A stretch of DNA of 64,000 nucleotides from Dehalogenimonas sp. (GCA_050859015.1 CP139473.1:471927-535926); one strand, 5' to 3'; shown: positions 17,141 through 25,433, counted from the first letter of the stretch. Numbers and translations are program-made. Notes: a model not told the origin generated them from the sequence alone.

Positions 17141-17176
17141 TTACGTAACTCCACAACCATAATTACGTAAAATTAC
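17141..17176. promoter_or_regulatory. Repeated TTACGTAA palindromes, a candidate operator upstream of the DUF4418-ABC operon
   Basis: TTACGTAA occurs at 17141-17148 and 17163-17170, centres 22 bp apart. An ATTACG half-site follows at 17171-17176. The sites lie about 65-100 nt upstream of the GTG start at 17239. Confidence 0.35.
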
Positions 17177-17238
17177 GAATATTCATTGGCCTATATTCCT
17201 GATATCTTTGTAGGTAATTTAAGGAAGGAGCAAACAGA

Positions 17239-17661
17239 GTGAACAGATTCCTGGGTATCACGCTAATCGTACTCGCATTAGGTCTCGGTATCGCCCCTCA
17301 TTACACAGATTGCCTTTCCCAGGGCAATACGGTCACGTTGGCAAACGGCAAAACCCAACCGATGAAATGCCACTGGACAGCCCAGGCGGAAATTGCAGCC
17401 GCAGTGCCCATTGCCGGTTTGGGGATTATCCTGGCTACCAAAAGGCGCCAAACCAATCTGATGAGCCTCGGCGTCATGGGCGTGGCTTTGGGAATCGTTC
17501 CGATTGTACTGGCGACCAACCTCATAGGTACCTGCGCACTGGCGACTCATATATGTAACACAACGATGAAACCGATAATTATGTCTTTGGGCGGTTTGGT
17601 CGGTGTGGTGAGTCTCGGAGTTGTAATTAACGGTTGGCGAAACCGGAAATTGTTAGAATAA
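17239..17661 (+). CDS. Small integral membrane protein, DUF4418-like
   Basis: Four predicted TM helices with conserved-looking Cys/MKCHWT motifs. From memory this matches the DUF4418 family, which often precedes FtsX/ABC pairs. GGAAGGAG RBS before the GTG start. Confidence 0.65.
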   Translation: MNRFLGITLIVLALGLGIAPHYTDCLSQGNTVTLANGKTQPMKCHWTAQAEIAAAVPIAGLGIILATKRRQTNLMSLGVMGVALGIVPIVLATNLIGTCALATHICNTTMKPIIMSLGGLVGVVSLGVVINGWRNRKLLE

Positions 17662-17704
17662 GCCAGCTCTCGTAACTTCACTGTAAAAGCACAATCCTCC
17701 CTAA

Positions 17705-18910
17705 TTGGATGGAATGATGAAGCTGTTTAAATTAGCCCTTAAAAATATAACCGGAAGCGGGTTTAGAAGCGTAGCCATCTTCCTGTGCGTCATGGGAATC
17801 GCCGGGTTTCTACTGTCGACTACGCTCATCATCCGCGGCTCTCAGTACAGCCTGACTTCAGCTATCGAACGGTTGGGAGCCGATATCATCGTTGTGCCCC
17901 AGGGAGCCGAGGACAAGGTGGAATCCGCTTTACTCATGGGGAAACCGACCAACGTGTGGATGCCTGAAGAAAATCTGGCTAAAATCGCGGCGATTCCCGG
18001 GGTTGAGGTGGTATCGCCCCAGATATACCTGGGGTCAATGTTTGATGCCTCCTGCTGCGCCGTCCCCGAAATGTTCATGGTGGCATTTGATCCGAAAACG
18101 GATTTCACTATCACTCCATGGCTGATCAAGAATTTGGGCCGGGAATTGGGTAAGGGAGAATCGATCGGCGGGACGTACGTTTTCGTTCCCGAGGGCGATA
18201 CCGGAATAAAACTTTACGGTTATTACCTGACCCTGGACGGCAACCTGGAACCCACCGGCACGGGTATCGATCAGACGATGTTTCTGACCATCGAGACAGC
18301 CGAAGCAATGGCAGCCTCCTCCATTACCACTGCTGAGGAGCAGTTGTCAATTCCCGCAGACAGCATCTCAACGATAATGGTCAAAGTAGCTCCCGGAGTC
18401 AATGCGCATGAAGTTGCGCTGGATATCCTGAGCAAGACTACCGGAATGTATCCCATCGAAAGCCCCAACCTGTTCGGCGCTTTCCGTAACCAGATGAACG
18501 GGCTGCTGTGGGGCTTCTTCGCTCTCTCCGTCGTGATCTGGATCATTTCCGCAATGCTGATGGCGGTCAATTTTTCGATGGCGGCCAATGAACGCAAACG
18601 GGAGATGGCCGTGTTGAGGGCGGTCGGGGCTAGCCCCGGGTTCATTTTCAGGCTGGTTTTGACCGAAGCCGGGATCCTGGCGGTAACGGGTGCAGTACTG
18701 GGTATCACCTTCGCTTCAATCGCGTTCTTTCTCTTCAAAGATGCCATTGCGGCGTCACTGAAAATGCCGTTCCTGTTCCCGTCAATCTCTTCCTTCGCCG
18801 CATTGTTTGGCGTCGGCGTCGGGCTGGCGCTTGCCACGGTAGCCCTGGCGGCGCTGGTTCCTGCCATCCGCGTCAGCAAGCAGGAACTGGCAATAGCCAT
18901 GAGGGAATAG
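17705..18910 (+). CDS. FtsX/MacB-type ABC transporter permease
   Basis: N-terminal TM helix, a large periplasmic domain and a C-terminal FtsX-type 3-TM bundle (NERKREMAVLRAVGA). The start may be the ATG at 17714. Confidence 0.85.
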   Translation: MDGMMKLFKLALKNITGSGFRSVAIFLCVMGIAGFLLSTTLIIRGSQYSLTSAIERLGADIIVVPQGAEDKVESALLMGKPTNVWMPEENLAKIAAIPGVEVVSPQIYLGSMFDASCCAVPEMFMVAFDPKTDFTITPWLIKNLGRELGKGESIGGTYVFVPEGDTGIKLYGYYLTLDGNLEPTGTGIDQTMFLTIETAEAMAASSITTAEEQLSIPADSISTIMVKVAPGVNAHEVALDILSKTTGMYPIESPNLFGAFRNQMNGLLWGFFALSVVIWIISAMLMAVNFSMAANERKREMAVLRAVGASPGFIFRLVLTEAGILAVTGAVLGITFASIAFFLFKDAIAASLKMPFLFPSISSFAALFGVGVGLALATVALAALVPAIRVSKQELAIAMRE

Positions 18911-18940
18911 GCACAGTGGTTTTGAAAAAAGGATTGGTAA

Positions 18941-19951
18941 ATGGCCAGCTACACAACATTTGAAAACATCGCTTTGTGGACCGGATTAGTCCTGTTTTGG
19001 ATTGTTGCCGTCATCTTCATCCTCCGATATGTCAGGTTGAAAAATGCAGTCAACCGGCATATTTCACCCGCTGAAGAATCGATGCAGAAAGACAATATGT
19101 CAATCAATACGAAAATGGATGCAATTGCGGAACCAGCGAACGGGAACGCCATTGAAAAAACCGACAATCCCCAACCAACCCAAAAAAATCTTGAAGCCCC
19201 GAACTGGACTCTGAAGAAAGCCAGTTCCCCGGGGGCGGCCAATGCCATTGTTTTCGATGATGTGACGAAAAGTTTCCGGTTGGACGAGCGGACGACTATT
19301 ACCCCGGTATGCAAGGTTAAATTAGAAATTGCCAGGGGGGAGTTTGTGGTCATATTGGGCCGTTCCGGCACCGGCAAGACAACTCTTTTGAACCTTGCCG
19401 CCGGGCTGGTTAAGCCGTCATCGGGTGCCGTTTACCTGGACGGCGAGAACCTGAGCGAAATGAACCAGGAACAATTATCTGAAATGCGCAGCCGCAAATT
19501 GGGTTTTATCTTTCAATTTCCAAGCCTGATCCCGGCTTTGACCATTAAAGACAATATCAGTTTACCGGGCATGTTCGGCGGCGACGACGGAGACGGAGCT
19601 TCCGAAAGGGCGGGCGATCTCCTGAAGATGTTGGGATTGTCCGAGAAGACGGACGTTTTCCCGCGTCAATTGTCAGCCGGCGAGACCAAAAGAATCGTAG
19701 TCGCCCGGTCGTTGATCAACCAACCGCAGCTGATACTGGCGGATGAACCGACGAGCGATCTGGACAGCAAGACCGAGCAGGAAGTCCTCCACTTGCTACG
19801 TGATATAAATGCCACCGGAGTGACTTTTCTGATCGTTACCCACAGCATGCAACTCGTCCCCTTCGCCACCCGGGCGTTCGAGATGGATCACGGCGAATTG
19901 ACTGAGATCGATATCAACAAGTACAGCGGTGCGGCGGCTGAGCTGGCTTAG
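18941..19951 (+). CDS. ABC transporter ATP-binding protein with an N-terminal TM-helix extension
   Basis: Walker A GRSGTGKTTLLN, signature LSAGETKR and Walker B ILADEPTSDLD. They are preceded by about 100 aa containing one hydrophobic helix (IALWTGLVLFWIVAVIFIL). Confidence 0.85.
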   Translation: MASYTTFENIALWTGLVLFWIVAVIFILRYVRLKNAVNRHISPAEESMQKDNMSINTKMDAIAEPANGNAIEKTDNPQPTQKNLEAPNWTLKKASSPGAANAIVFDDVTKSFRLDERTTITPVCKVKLEIARGEFVVILGRSGTGKTTLLNLAAGLVKPSSGAVYLDGENLSEMNQEQLSEMRSRKLGFIFQFPSLIPALTIKDNISLPGMFGGDDGDGASERAGDLLKMLGLSEKTDVFPRQLSAGETKRIVVARSLINQPQLILADEPTSDLDSKTEQEVLHLLRDINATGVTFLIVTHSMQLVPFATRAFEMDHGELTEIDINKYSGAAAELA

Positions 19952-20004
19952 GTTAATATCACGATCCGACTGACTTAGCCAGGCTCCGATGTTGCGCCAC
20001 CGGC

Positions 20005-20421
20005 TTGAGGAATGAAGTGCGAAGAAAGATCAGACTCTATCTTCTGCTTGCGCTGGTTATGCCACTGACAATAATTTCATCTGGTTGTCAGAAACCGGTA
20101 ATTTCAATATTGACCGCTATGCCGTTGGACACGGCTCTTTCGAATGGCTATATGACACTTGCCGAGTTTAGCTCCAGCAGTTGCGATCCGTGCAGGGAAA
20201 TGATCCCGATTTTGGAAGACCTGGCGAACCTTTATACAGACAGGTTAAACGTCGTGATCGTCGACGTGTACGAACAAGAAAAGCTTGCCAGTAAGTACTC
20301 AATCATTGGAACCCCAACACAGGTAATATTTGACACCCAAGGTAAAGAAGTGGCACGTCATATAGGTGCCTGGTCTCTTAATTCGATGGTGGCGCAACTA
20401 AGAGCGTTGGGTTTACCCTGA
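20005..20421 (+). CDS. Thioredoxin-fold lipoprotein (TlpA/ResA-like)
   Basis: Lipobox (ISSGC), CDPC redox motif and a thioredoxin-like C-terminal GTPT...FD motif. Confidence 0.8.
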   Translation: MRNEVRRKIRLYLLLALVMPLTIISSGCQKPVISILTAMPLDTALSNGYMTLAEFSSSSCDPCREMIPILEDLANLYTDRLNVVIVDVYEQEKLASKYSIIGTPTQVIFDTQGKEVARHIGAWSLNSMVAQLRALGLP

Positions 20422-20525
20422 CGGATGCTCATGTGGAATATTAGCGATATTAGGGTTTTTGTGATTGGGGTACGCTTTACCCAAATCGGGAATGTTCAAC
20501 GAGGGTTCGAGGAACCCATCCCCAC

Positions 20526-21347
20526 CTAAAACTGAGCATCTTCAACCTTCAGCCTGATATATTCAAAATCGCCCTCAGGGGCGTTCCAAACGGCGTTGCC
20601 TTCGGTGGGGATACGGAAACCGTTGAATTCCCGGTAATTGGACCATGTGCCTGACCAGGGGGTCATTTTGCCGGTGTCATTGCGGAATCTGCCCGAAGAA
20701 ATGAAAGCGACAATTTCATCTTCGCTATTGAAGCGAAAAATTCCGGAGGCGGTTATGCCGCTATCAGATATGGTCGCTCCTGCGGTTTGGTCGTCAATCG
20801 CTTTCCAGGTGATATTACCCTCCAGGAAGGCCGTCGGCAGCCAGGGGAGTTCTGAAAGGTATCGCAACAGCGAGGCATGGTCCATCTCAGGACCGCGGAC
20901 ATCGAACAGAGGGAATGTTGAAAGGATGCTGATGAGCATATTGCCTTTGCCGTTGGAATAACGGTCGCGGGCGGCGACCCAGGCGGGACCGAGTTTCATC
21001 TTGGCGACCCAGGTGAAAGCAGGAGGACTGACCGAATAATATTGGTCGGCTTCGATTTTGATCCAACGCTGGTTGAATCGCATTTGGCCGGTTTGTTTGA
21101 GGTGAAGGCGGCGTATATATGAAGTGCCTTTTTTGATCGATTTTGTGAGGTAACGTTGGACAGGGGCGGGGAGGTGGGAGATGGCCGAGGTATCAAAGGT
21201 TTGATTAACTGGCTGGGCACCAGAGTTCACCCTCTCGATTTCGACTCGCCGGGATTCATTCCAGGTTTTCGAACCCCGGCCGATTAATAAAGCCATGAGA
21301 ATCCCGACGATGAGGTCGAAGGCGAGAAAAATAATAAGCCAAATCAT
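20526..21347 (-). CDS. Membrane-anchored hypothetical protein
   Basis: A 273-aa ORF with an N-terminal TM helix and motifs LPAPVQRYL and RYLSELPWLPTAFL. These resemble an uncharacterised DUF family, possibly DUF6544. That assignment is from memory and unverified. Confidence 0.6.
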   Translation of the reverse strand: MIWLIIFLAFDLIVGILMALLIGRGSKTWNESRRVEIERVNSGAQPVNQTFDTSAISHLPAPVQRYLTKSIKKGTSYIRRLHLKQTGQMRFNQRWIKIEADQYYSVSPPAFTWVAKMKLGPAWVAARDRYSNGKGNMLISILSTFPLFDVRGPEMDHASLLRYLSELPWLPTAFLEGNITWKAIDDQTAGATISDSGITASGIFRFNSEDEIVAFISSGRFRNDTGKMTPWSGTWSNYREFNGFRIPTEGNAVWNAPEGDFEYIRLKVEDAQF

Positions 21348-21359
21348 ACTAATAAATCC

Positions 21360-21816
21360 AAAGCACGAAATACGAAATCCGAAACAAATTCAAATAATAC
21401 AAATTCAAAATTCAGGTTTCAACCTTTTTCAATATCGCTGCAAAGATGTTCATCGATTCTGTGGCTTCTTGAACAAGATCATCGAAGTAAGTTTGAAATT
21501 CAGGATTAGATGTTTTGATAAGTCTCAACCAGTACCTGGATTCCTTGGTTTCTTTCCGACAGATCTTAATGCGGTTTGCGAAATCTTTCTTGCTTAAACC
21601 TTCGTTCGCCTCAATGTAATTAGCTCCAACCGAGCCCGCGGCGCGCACCATTTGTTTGACTAGTTCAATGTTTGCGACATCTTTGGGCAATCTTCTGGAC
21701 TCGCGGATAACGGCTGCGGCAAAAGCCTCAGTTCTGGGCTCAAGATCAAATACTTTTTCCATCATTATCGTTTCGCAGGTTTGTTTCGAATTTCGATATT
21801 CGGATTTCGTGCTTTT
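21360..21816. repeat. Imperfect inverted repeats bracketing the four-helix-bundle gene (IVS-like cassette)
   Basis: Left arm AAAGCACGAAATACGAAATCCGAAACAAA (21360-21388). The reverse complement of the right arm (21780-21816) reads AAAAGCACGAAATCCGAATATCGAAATTCGAAACAAA. Confidence 0.6.
21412..21765 (-). CDS. Four-helix-bundle protein of the 23S rRNA intervening-sequence (S23p) family
   Basis: GSVGANYIEANEGLSKKDFANRIKICRKETKESRYWLRLI is the diagnostic motif of this family. Confidence 0.9.
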   Translation of the reverse strand: MMEKVFDLEPRTEAFAAAVIRESRRLPKDVANIELVKQMVRAAGSVGANYIEANEGLSKKDFANRIKICRKETKESRYWLRLIKTSNPEFQTYFDDLVQEATESMNIFAAILKKVET

Positions 21817-21820
21817 GCAA

Positions 21821-23641
21821 TTATAGACTTTCTTTTATCAGACGCGCGAGCTGAGGAGTAATCCCTTTAACCGCTGCGATGTCTTCGAGGGAGGCAACGC
21901 GGATACCCGGCACTGAAGCGAAACGTTTGATCAGGGCGCGGCGGCGGGCGGGACCGATGCCGGGGATGGCGTCGAGCTTGGAGCCGACCGACTTTTTCTC
22001 CCTGATGTTGGTGTGGTAGCCCAGGGCGAATCGGTGAGCCTCGTCGCGGACGCGCTGGAGGAGGCGCCGGGCAGGAGAGCGTTCTTCCAGCACGATTGGT
22101 TGCGATTTGCCGGGGAGGAAGATCTCCTCGCGCTCCTTAGCGAGGCCGAGGATGGGGGTATTTTCGGTGTCCTTTTCTTTTAACGCCTCGACCGCGGCTG
22201 AAAGCTGGCCTTTGCCGCCGTCGATGAGCACCAGGTCGGGTAGAGCGGCCCACTTTTCTTCAGTATCGCCCTTGGCACGGGCGAAACGCCGCCCGACGAC
22301 CTCTTTCATCATGGCAAAATCGTCAGCGCCTTCCACGGTCTTGATGCGGAAACGGCGGTAGTTCCTGGAGTCCGGCCTGCCGCCGGTGAAAACCACCATC
22401 GAACCCACCGCCATCTTGCCCTGGATATTGGAGATGTCGTAGCCCTCGATGCGGTGGGGAGCCTCTTTGAGGTTGAGAACCCTGGCCAGGTCTTCCAGAG
22501 CGGCCTTCGAGTCCTCCGCGCCGGTCAGCATCTTCTTTAATTTGTACTGGTCGAGACCTTTCTTGGCGTTGTCGGCGACGGTAGCCATGAGTTCCACACG
22601 CGGTCCGCGGCGGGGGACTGAAATCTCAACTTTGGTACCGCGCTTGGAAGATAGCCAGCCTTCTAGCACTTCCTTGTCGTCGGGTTCGTGCTGAAGGAGG
22701 ATCAGCGGCGGCAGGTGAGCCGCGCCGCTGTAAAACTGGCCGACGAAGCTAGAAAGGACCTGAGACGGCGGCTGATCGAGAGTGCCTTTGAGGATGTAAT
22801 GTTCACGGCCGATGAGCTTGCCGCCTCGGACGAAGAAGACCATGACGAAGCTTTCGTCGCCGGTCTGAACGTAAGCAACGGCATCAAGCTCGCCCTTGAC
22901 TCGGGTGGCAATACGCTGGGCGCCGATGACGGTGTCGATGTCCCTGATCCGGTCGCGCAATGCGGCGGCCAGCTCGAAGTCCATTTTTTCGGCGGCGGCG
23001 GTCATGTCCGCCTTGAGCTGGCGGGAGACCCTGTCGAGTTTGCCCTCAAGTAAAAGGACGGCCTGGTCGATGTTCTTATGGTATTCTGCCGCCAGTATTT
23101 TCCCGGTGCACGGGGAAGGACAGCGGTGCATATCGTATTCGAGGCACGGCCGCTTGACCTTTTTCAGGTCCTGGGTGCAGGAACGGAACGGGAAAATGCG
23201 CCGGAGTAGGTCGAGGACGCCGTGGACGCTTCGGGCGTCGGTAAAGGGGCCGAAATAACGGCCGTTGCCCTCGACGTAGCGCCGGGTGACTTCCAGCTTG
23301 GGCCAATCGCCGGGGGTAATGTGGAGGTACGGCAAGCCCTTGTCGTCCTTGAGCATGATGTTGTAGTGGGGCCGATGGCGCTTTATGAGGTTAAGCTCCA
23401 GGATGAGGGCGTCCTGTTCCGATGGGACGACGAAATATTCCAGGTCGCGGATATCGGCGACGAGGAGGCGGGTCTTTTCATCGAGTTTTTCGGTGTTGCG
23501 GAAGTAGCAACGGACACGGTTTTTGAGGTTGATTGCCTTGCCGACGTAGATGATCCGGCCTTTTTCATCCTTGTAGATGTAAACGCCGGGGGCGTCCGGC
23601 AACTGCCGCACCTGTTCTTCAACGAATGGGGTGGTCATCAT
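21821..23641 (-). CDS. uvrC: Excinuclease ABC subunit C
   Basis: N-terminal GIY-YIG domain (GVYIYKDEKGRIIYVGKA), UVR domain, RNase H-like endonuclease domain and a C-terminal (HhH)2 domain. Confidence 0.95.
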   Translation of the reverse strand: MMTTPFVEEQVRQLPDAPGVYIYKDEKGRIIYVGKAINLKNRVRCYFRNTEKLDEKTRLLVADIRDLEYFVVPSEQDALILELNLIKRHRPHYNIMLKDDKGLPYLHITPGDWPKLEVTRRYVEGNGRYFGPFTDARSVHGVLDLLRRIFPFRSCTQDLKKVKRPCLEYDMHRCPSPCTGKILAAEYHKNIDQAVLLLEGKLDRVSRQLKADMTAAAEKMDFELAAALRDRIRDIDTVIGAQRIATRVKGELDAVAYVQTGDESFVMVFFVRGGKLIGREHYILKGTLDQPPSQVLSSFVGQFYSGAAHLPPLILLQHEPDDKEVLEGWLSSKRGTKVEISVPRRGPRVELMATVADNAKKGLDQYKLKKMLTGAEDSKAALEDLARVLNLKEAPHRIEGYDISNIQGKMAVGSMVVFTGGRPDSRNYRRFRIKTVEGADDFAMMKEVVGRRFARAKGDTEEKWAALPDLVLIDGGKGQLSAAVEALKEKDTENTPILGLAKEREEIFLPGKSQPIVLEERSPARRLLQRVRDEAHRFALGYHTNIREKKSVGSKLDAIPGIGPARRRALIKRFASVPGIRVASLEDIAAVKGITPQLARLIKESL

Positions 23642-23649
23642 GGGACTTT

Positions 23650-23679
23650 ATTTTAACATAATGTTGGGGAGGGGGGGTG
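23650..23679 (-). promoter_or_regulatory. Copy 1 of a C-rich plus extended -10 (TGTTAAAAT) promoter-like repeat, upstream of uvrC
   Basis: The minus strand reads CACCCCCCCTCCCCAACATTATGTTAAAAT. The TAAAAT ends 8 nt before the uvrC ATG. Confidence 0.45.
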
Positions 23680-23708
23680 AAAGCGATTATGCTATGTTAT
23701 TGGGGAAA

Positions 23709-24260
23709 CTAGGCGATTACCATTGATCGAATGATTTTTTCAGCAGAACTCTTGTTGAACCCCGCGACAAACACTTCAACGTAGATATCCTTAGTATCCC
23801 AAGCAAATTCAATACTCGTATCGGTAATTTTCTCTCTAATCTGAGTCCCGTTTATCGTGATAAAGATTGACCCAGATTCATTTTGAATTGCGCCAATTGT
23901 GTTACTGTACTCGAATATTTTTATTGAATTGGAACTGCCCTGAAATATCACAGAAACATCAGGCCCATAAATCACGCTTCCTCTCGTATATCCCTGGATG
24001 AGGTACGGATAAGGCTTTACTCCATCAGGAAAATATGTCGGCAAAACAATCGAGAATGTGTATTCGGCTTGAGCCCTATCGAAATCGTTAGTCTGGAAGA
24101 AACCGCTTTTCGAGTCCAATTCCCACCACGACGCTGGCTTTGTGTAATTTACATTGGTCCCGGAGCATCCAACGATACCTAGCAGGCAACTGCTTAAAAT
24201 TACTGAGAAAATGGCGGCAGCTAAGAATTGAGATTTATTGACTCTGATCTGCACGGTCAT
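23709..24260 (-). CDS. Hypothetical lipoprotein (AT-rich)
   Basis: A 183-aa ORF with a signal peptide and lipobox (LLGIVGCSG). No catalytic motif recognised. Confidence 0.65.
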   Translation of the reverse strand: MTVQIRVNKSQFLAAAIFSVILSSCLLGIVGCSGTNVNYTKPASWWELDSKSGFFQTNDFDRAQAEYTFSIVLPTYFPDGVKPYPYLIQGYTRGSVIYGPDVSVIFQGSSNSIKIFEYSNTIGAIQNESGSIFITINGTQIREKITDTSIEFAWDTKDIYVEVFVAGFNKSSAEKIIRSMVIA

Positions 24261-24292
24261 ATTTTAACATAAGGTGGGGAGGGGTGGGTGTG
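24261..24292 (-). promoter_or_regulatory. Copy 2 of the C-rich plus extended -10 repeat
   Basis: The minus strand reads ...CACCCACCCCTCCCCACCTTATGTTAAAAT and abuts the ATG at 24260. Confidence 0.4.
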
Positions 24293-24305
24293 GAGAGTAA
24301 TCTAA

Positions 24306-24641
24306 TTACGCAGCTTTAAGTTGGATAATTTTATCTTTCAAATCTGCCATTTGCTGCAATTGTTTAATTGCAAAAACGACCAAAGAAGAATGTTTTATGA
24401 TTTTTTCTGTTCCGGTTTTATCCATTCGAACTTCTGAAAAGAAGAACTGTATACCACCAGCGGTAAGGGAGGTCGGCTTCCTTATCTGAATTTCATCTAT
24501 TTGCGAAATGGGAATGGTTATTTCATTTCCTTGAAGAATTTTGTTAATGAACCCTGGACGATGAATGCACACAAAATCGGAAAACAGTTCAATCGATCCG
24601 GTCAAACCATCAACTTTCATAAATTGGTTTATCCATATCAT
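24306..24641 (-). CDS. Bacterial PH-domain-like (YokE/DUF4429-like) small protein
   Basis: GSIELFSDFVCIHRPGFINKILQGNEITIPISQIDEIQIRKPTSLTAGGIQFFF resembles the bacterial PH-like fold motif. I take the start at the ATG at 24641, because the longer ORF (to 24734) runs through the repeat element. Confidence 0.6.
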   Translation of the reverse strand: MIWINQFMKVDGLTGSIELFSDFVCIHRPGFINKILQGNEITIPISQIDEIQIRKPTSLTAGGIQFFFSEVRMDKTGTEKIIKHSSLVVFAIKQLQQMADLKDKIIQLKAA

Positions 24642-24660
24642 CGCTTTGCGCACAGAGGAT

Positions 24661-24697
24661 ATTTTAACATAAGGTGGGGAGGGGGTGGGGTGGGGTG
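24661..24697 (-). promoter_or_regulatory. Copy 3 of the C-rich plus extended -10 repeat
   Basis: The minus strand reads CACCCCACCCCACCCCCTCCCCACCTTATGTTAAAAT, ending 19 nt upstream of the ATG at 24641. Confidence 0.45.
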
Positions 24698-24735
24698 AAG
24701 CGGGGCGAGTCCATAAATACGGCGGCCATAACATT

Positions 24736-24770
24736 ATTTTAACATGAGGTGGGAAGGGGAGGGGGTGGGA
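24736..24770 (-). promoter_or_regulatory. Copy 4 of the C-rich plus extended -10 repeat (tandem with copy 3, just downstream of dcd)
   Basis: The minus strand reads TCCCACCCCCTCCCCTTCCCACCTCATGTTAAAAT. Confidence 0.4.
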
Positions 24771-24779
24771 GAACAGTAT

Positions 24780-25310
24780 CTACGTCCCTGCTGAAAGAAT
24801 GTAATTGTACTGATCGGCGGGGAAATCGTCCTGGTCCTGGAAAGGACCGCAATATCCCTGTTCGACTTCTTCATCCAGTTTGCTGAATTCGACTGAAAAG
24901 GCCCGGTACTCATTAAAGATAGGAACGGGGCTCGGACCAACGTTAACGAGGTTCATCATCAATCTACCGCGAAATCCAGGATCGAGTTGAAGTCCACCAA
25001 AGGCATTGAAACCTTTCCTTGCGAGTGAAGACCTGATCCCGAATCTGCCAACAATATTCAGCGGCAGGTTGATCCTTTCCAAAGAAAGAACAGCTATCAT
25101 TTGACCGGGAAGAACCTTGTAACCATCTGGAAAATCACGAAGATCGACAACTTTACCTGTTTGAGTCTCACCGACCGGGCTGGCGAGGACCTTGTGAAAC
25201 AACCTTAGGTCGCAGGTGGCCGGTTCGATAAGGCAGTCATCGAAAGGATCTATGAGGAATTGACCTGAGAATACCAGTTCCCTGATCTGACGCCCGGTTA
25301 GAATGCTCAT
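24780..25310 (-). CDS. dcd: dCTP deaminase (dUTPase-fold)
   Basis: MSILTGRQIRELV...IDPFDDCLIEPATCDLRL and the beta-barrel dUTPase-like remainder. GGAGG RBS. Confidence 0.85.
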   Translation of the reverse strand: MSILTGRQIRELVFSGQFLIDPFDDCLIEPATCDLRLFHKVLASPVGETQTGKVVDLRDFPDGYKVLPGQMIAVLSLERINLPLNIVGRFGIRSSLARKGFNAFGGLQLDPGFRGRLMMNLVNVGPSPVPIFNEYRAFSVEFSKLDEEVEQGYCGPFQDQDDFPADQYNYILSAGT

Positions 25311-25433
25311 TCATACCTCCAAAATTATGGCACTGGAGGGAAAACAGGCTTGGGCACAATTGTATCCCGAGAAACCTCTGAAAACAACGATTTTCTTTTA
25401 TCTGGGAGGATGAAGTAGGGGATGCTTCTTCAA

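Noticed and set aside
24642-24734. N-terminal extension of the PH-like gene (ORF 24306..24734)
   Set aside because: The extension is translated from the C-rich repeat element (PASPHPTPSPP...). The internal ATG at 24641 downstream of the promoter-like element is more plausible.
23650-24770. Repeated G-rich elements as a possible CRISPR array
   Set aside because: There are only four copies with very uneven spacing (about 600, 400 and 75 bp). The intervening sequence is protein-coding, the copies are not identical, and there are no cas genes.
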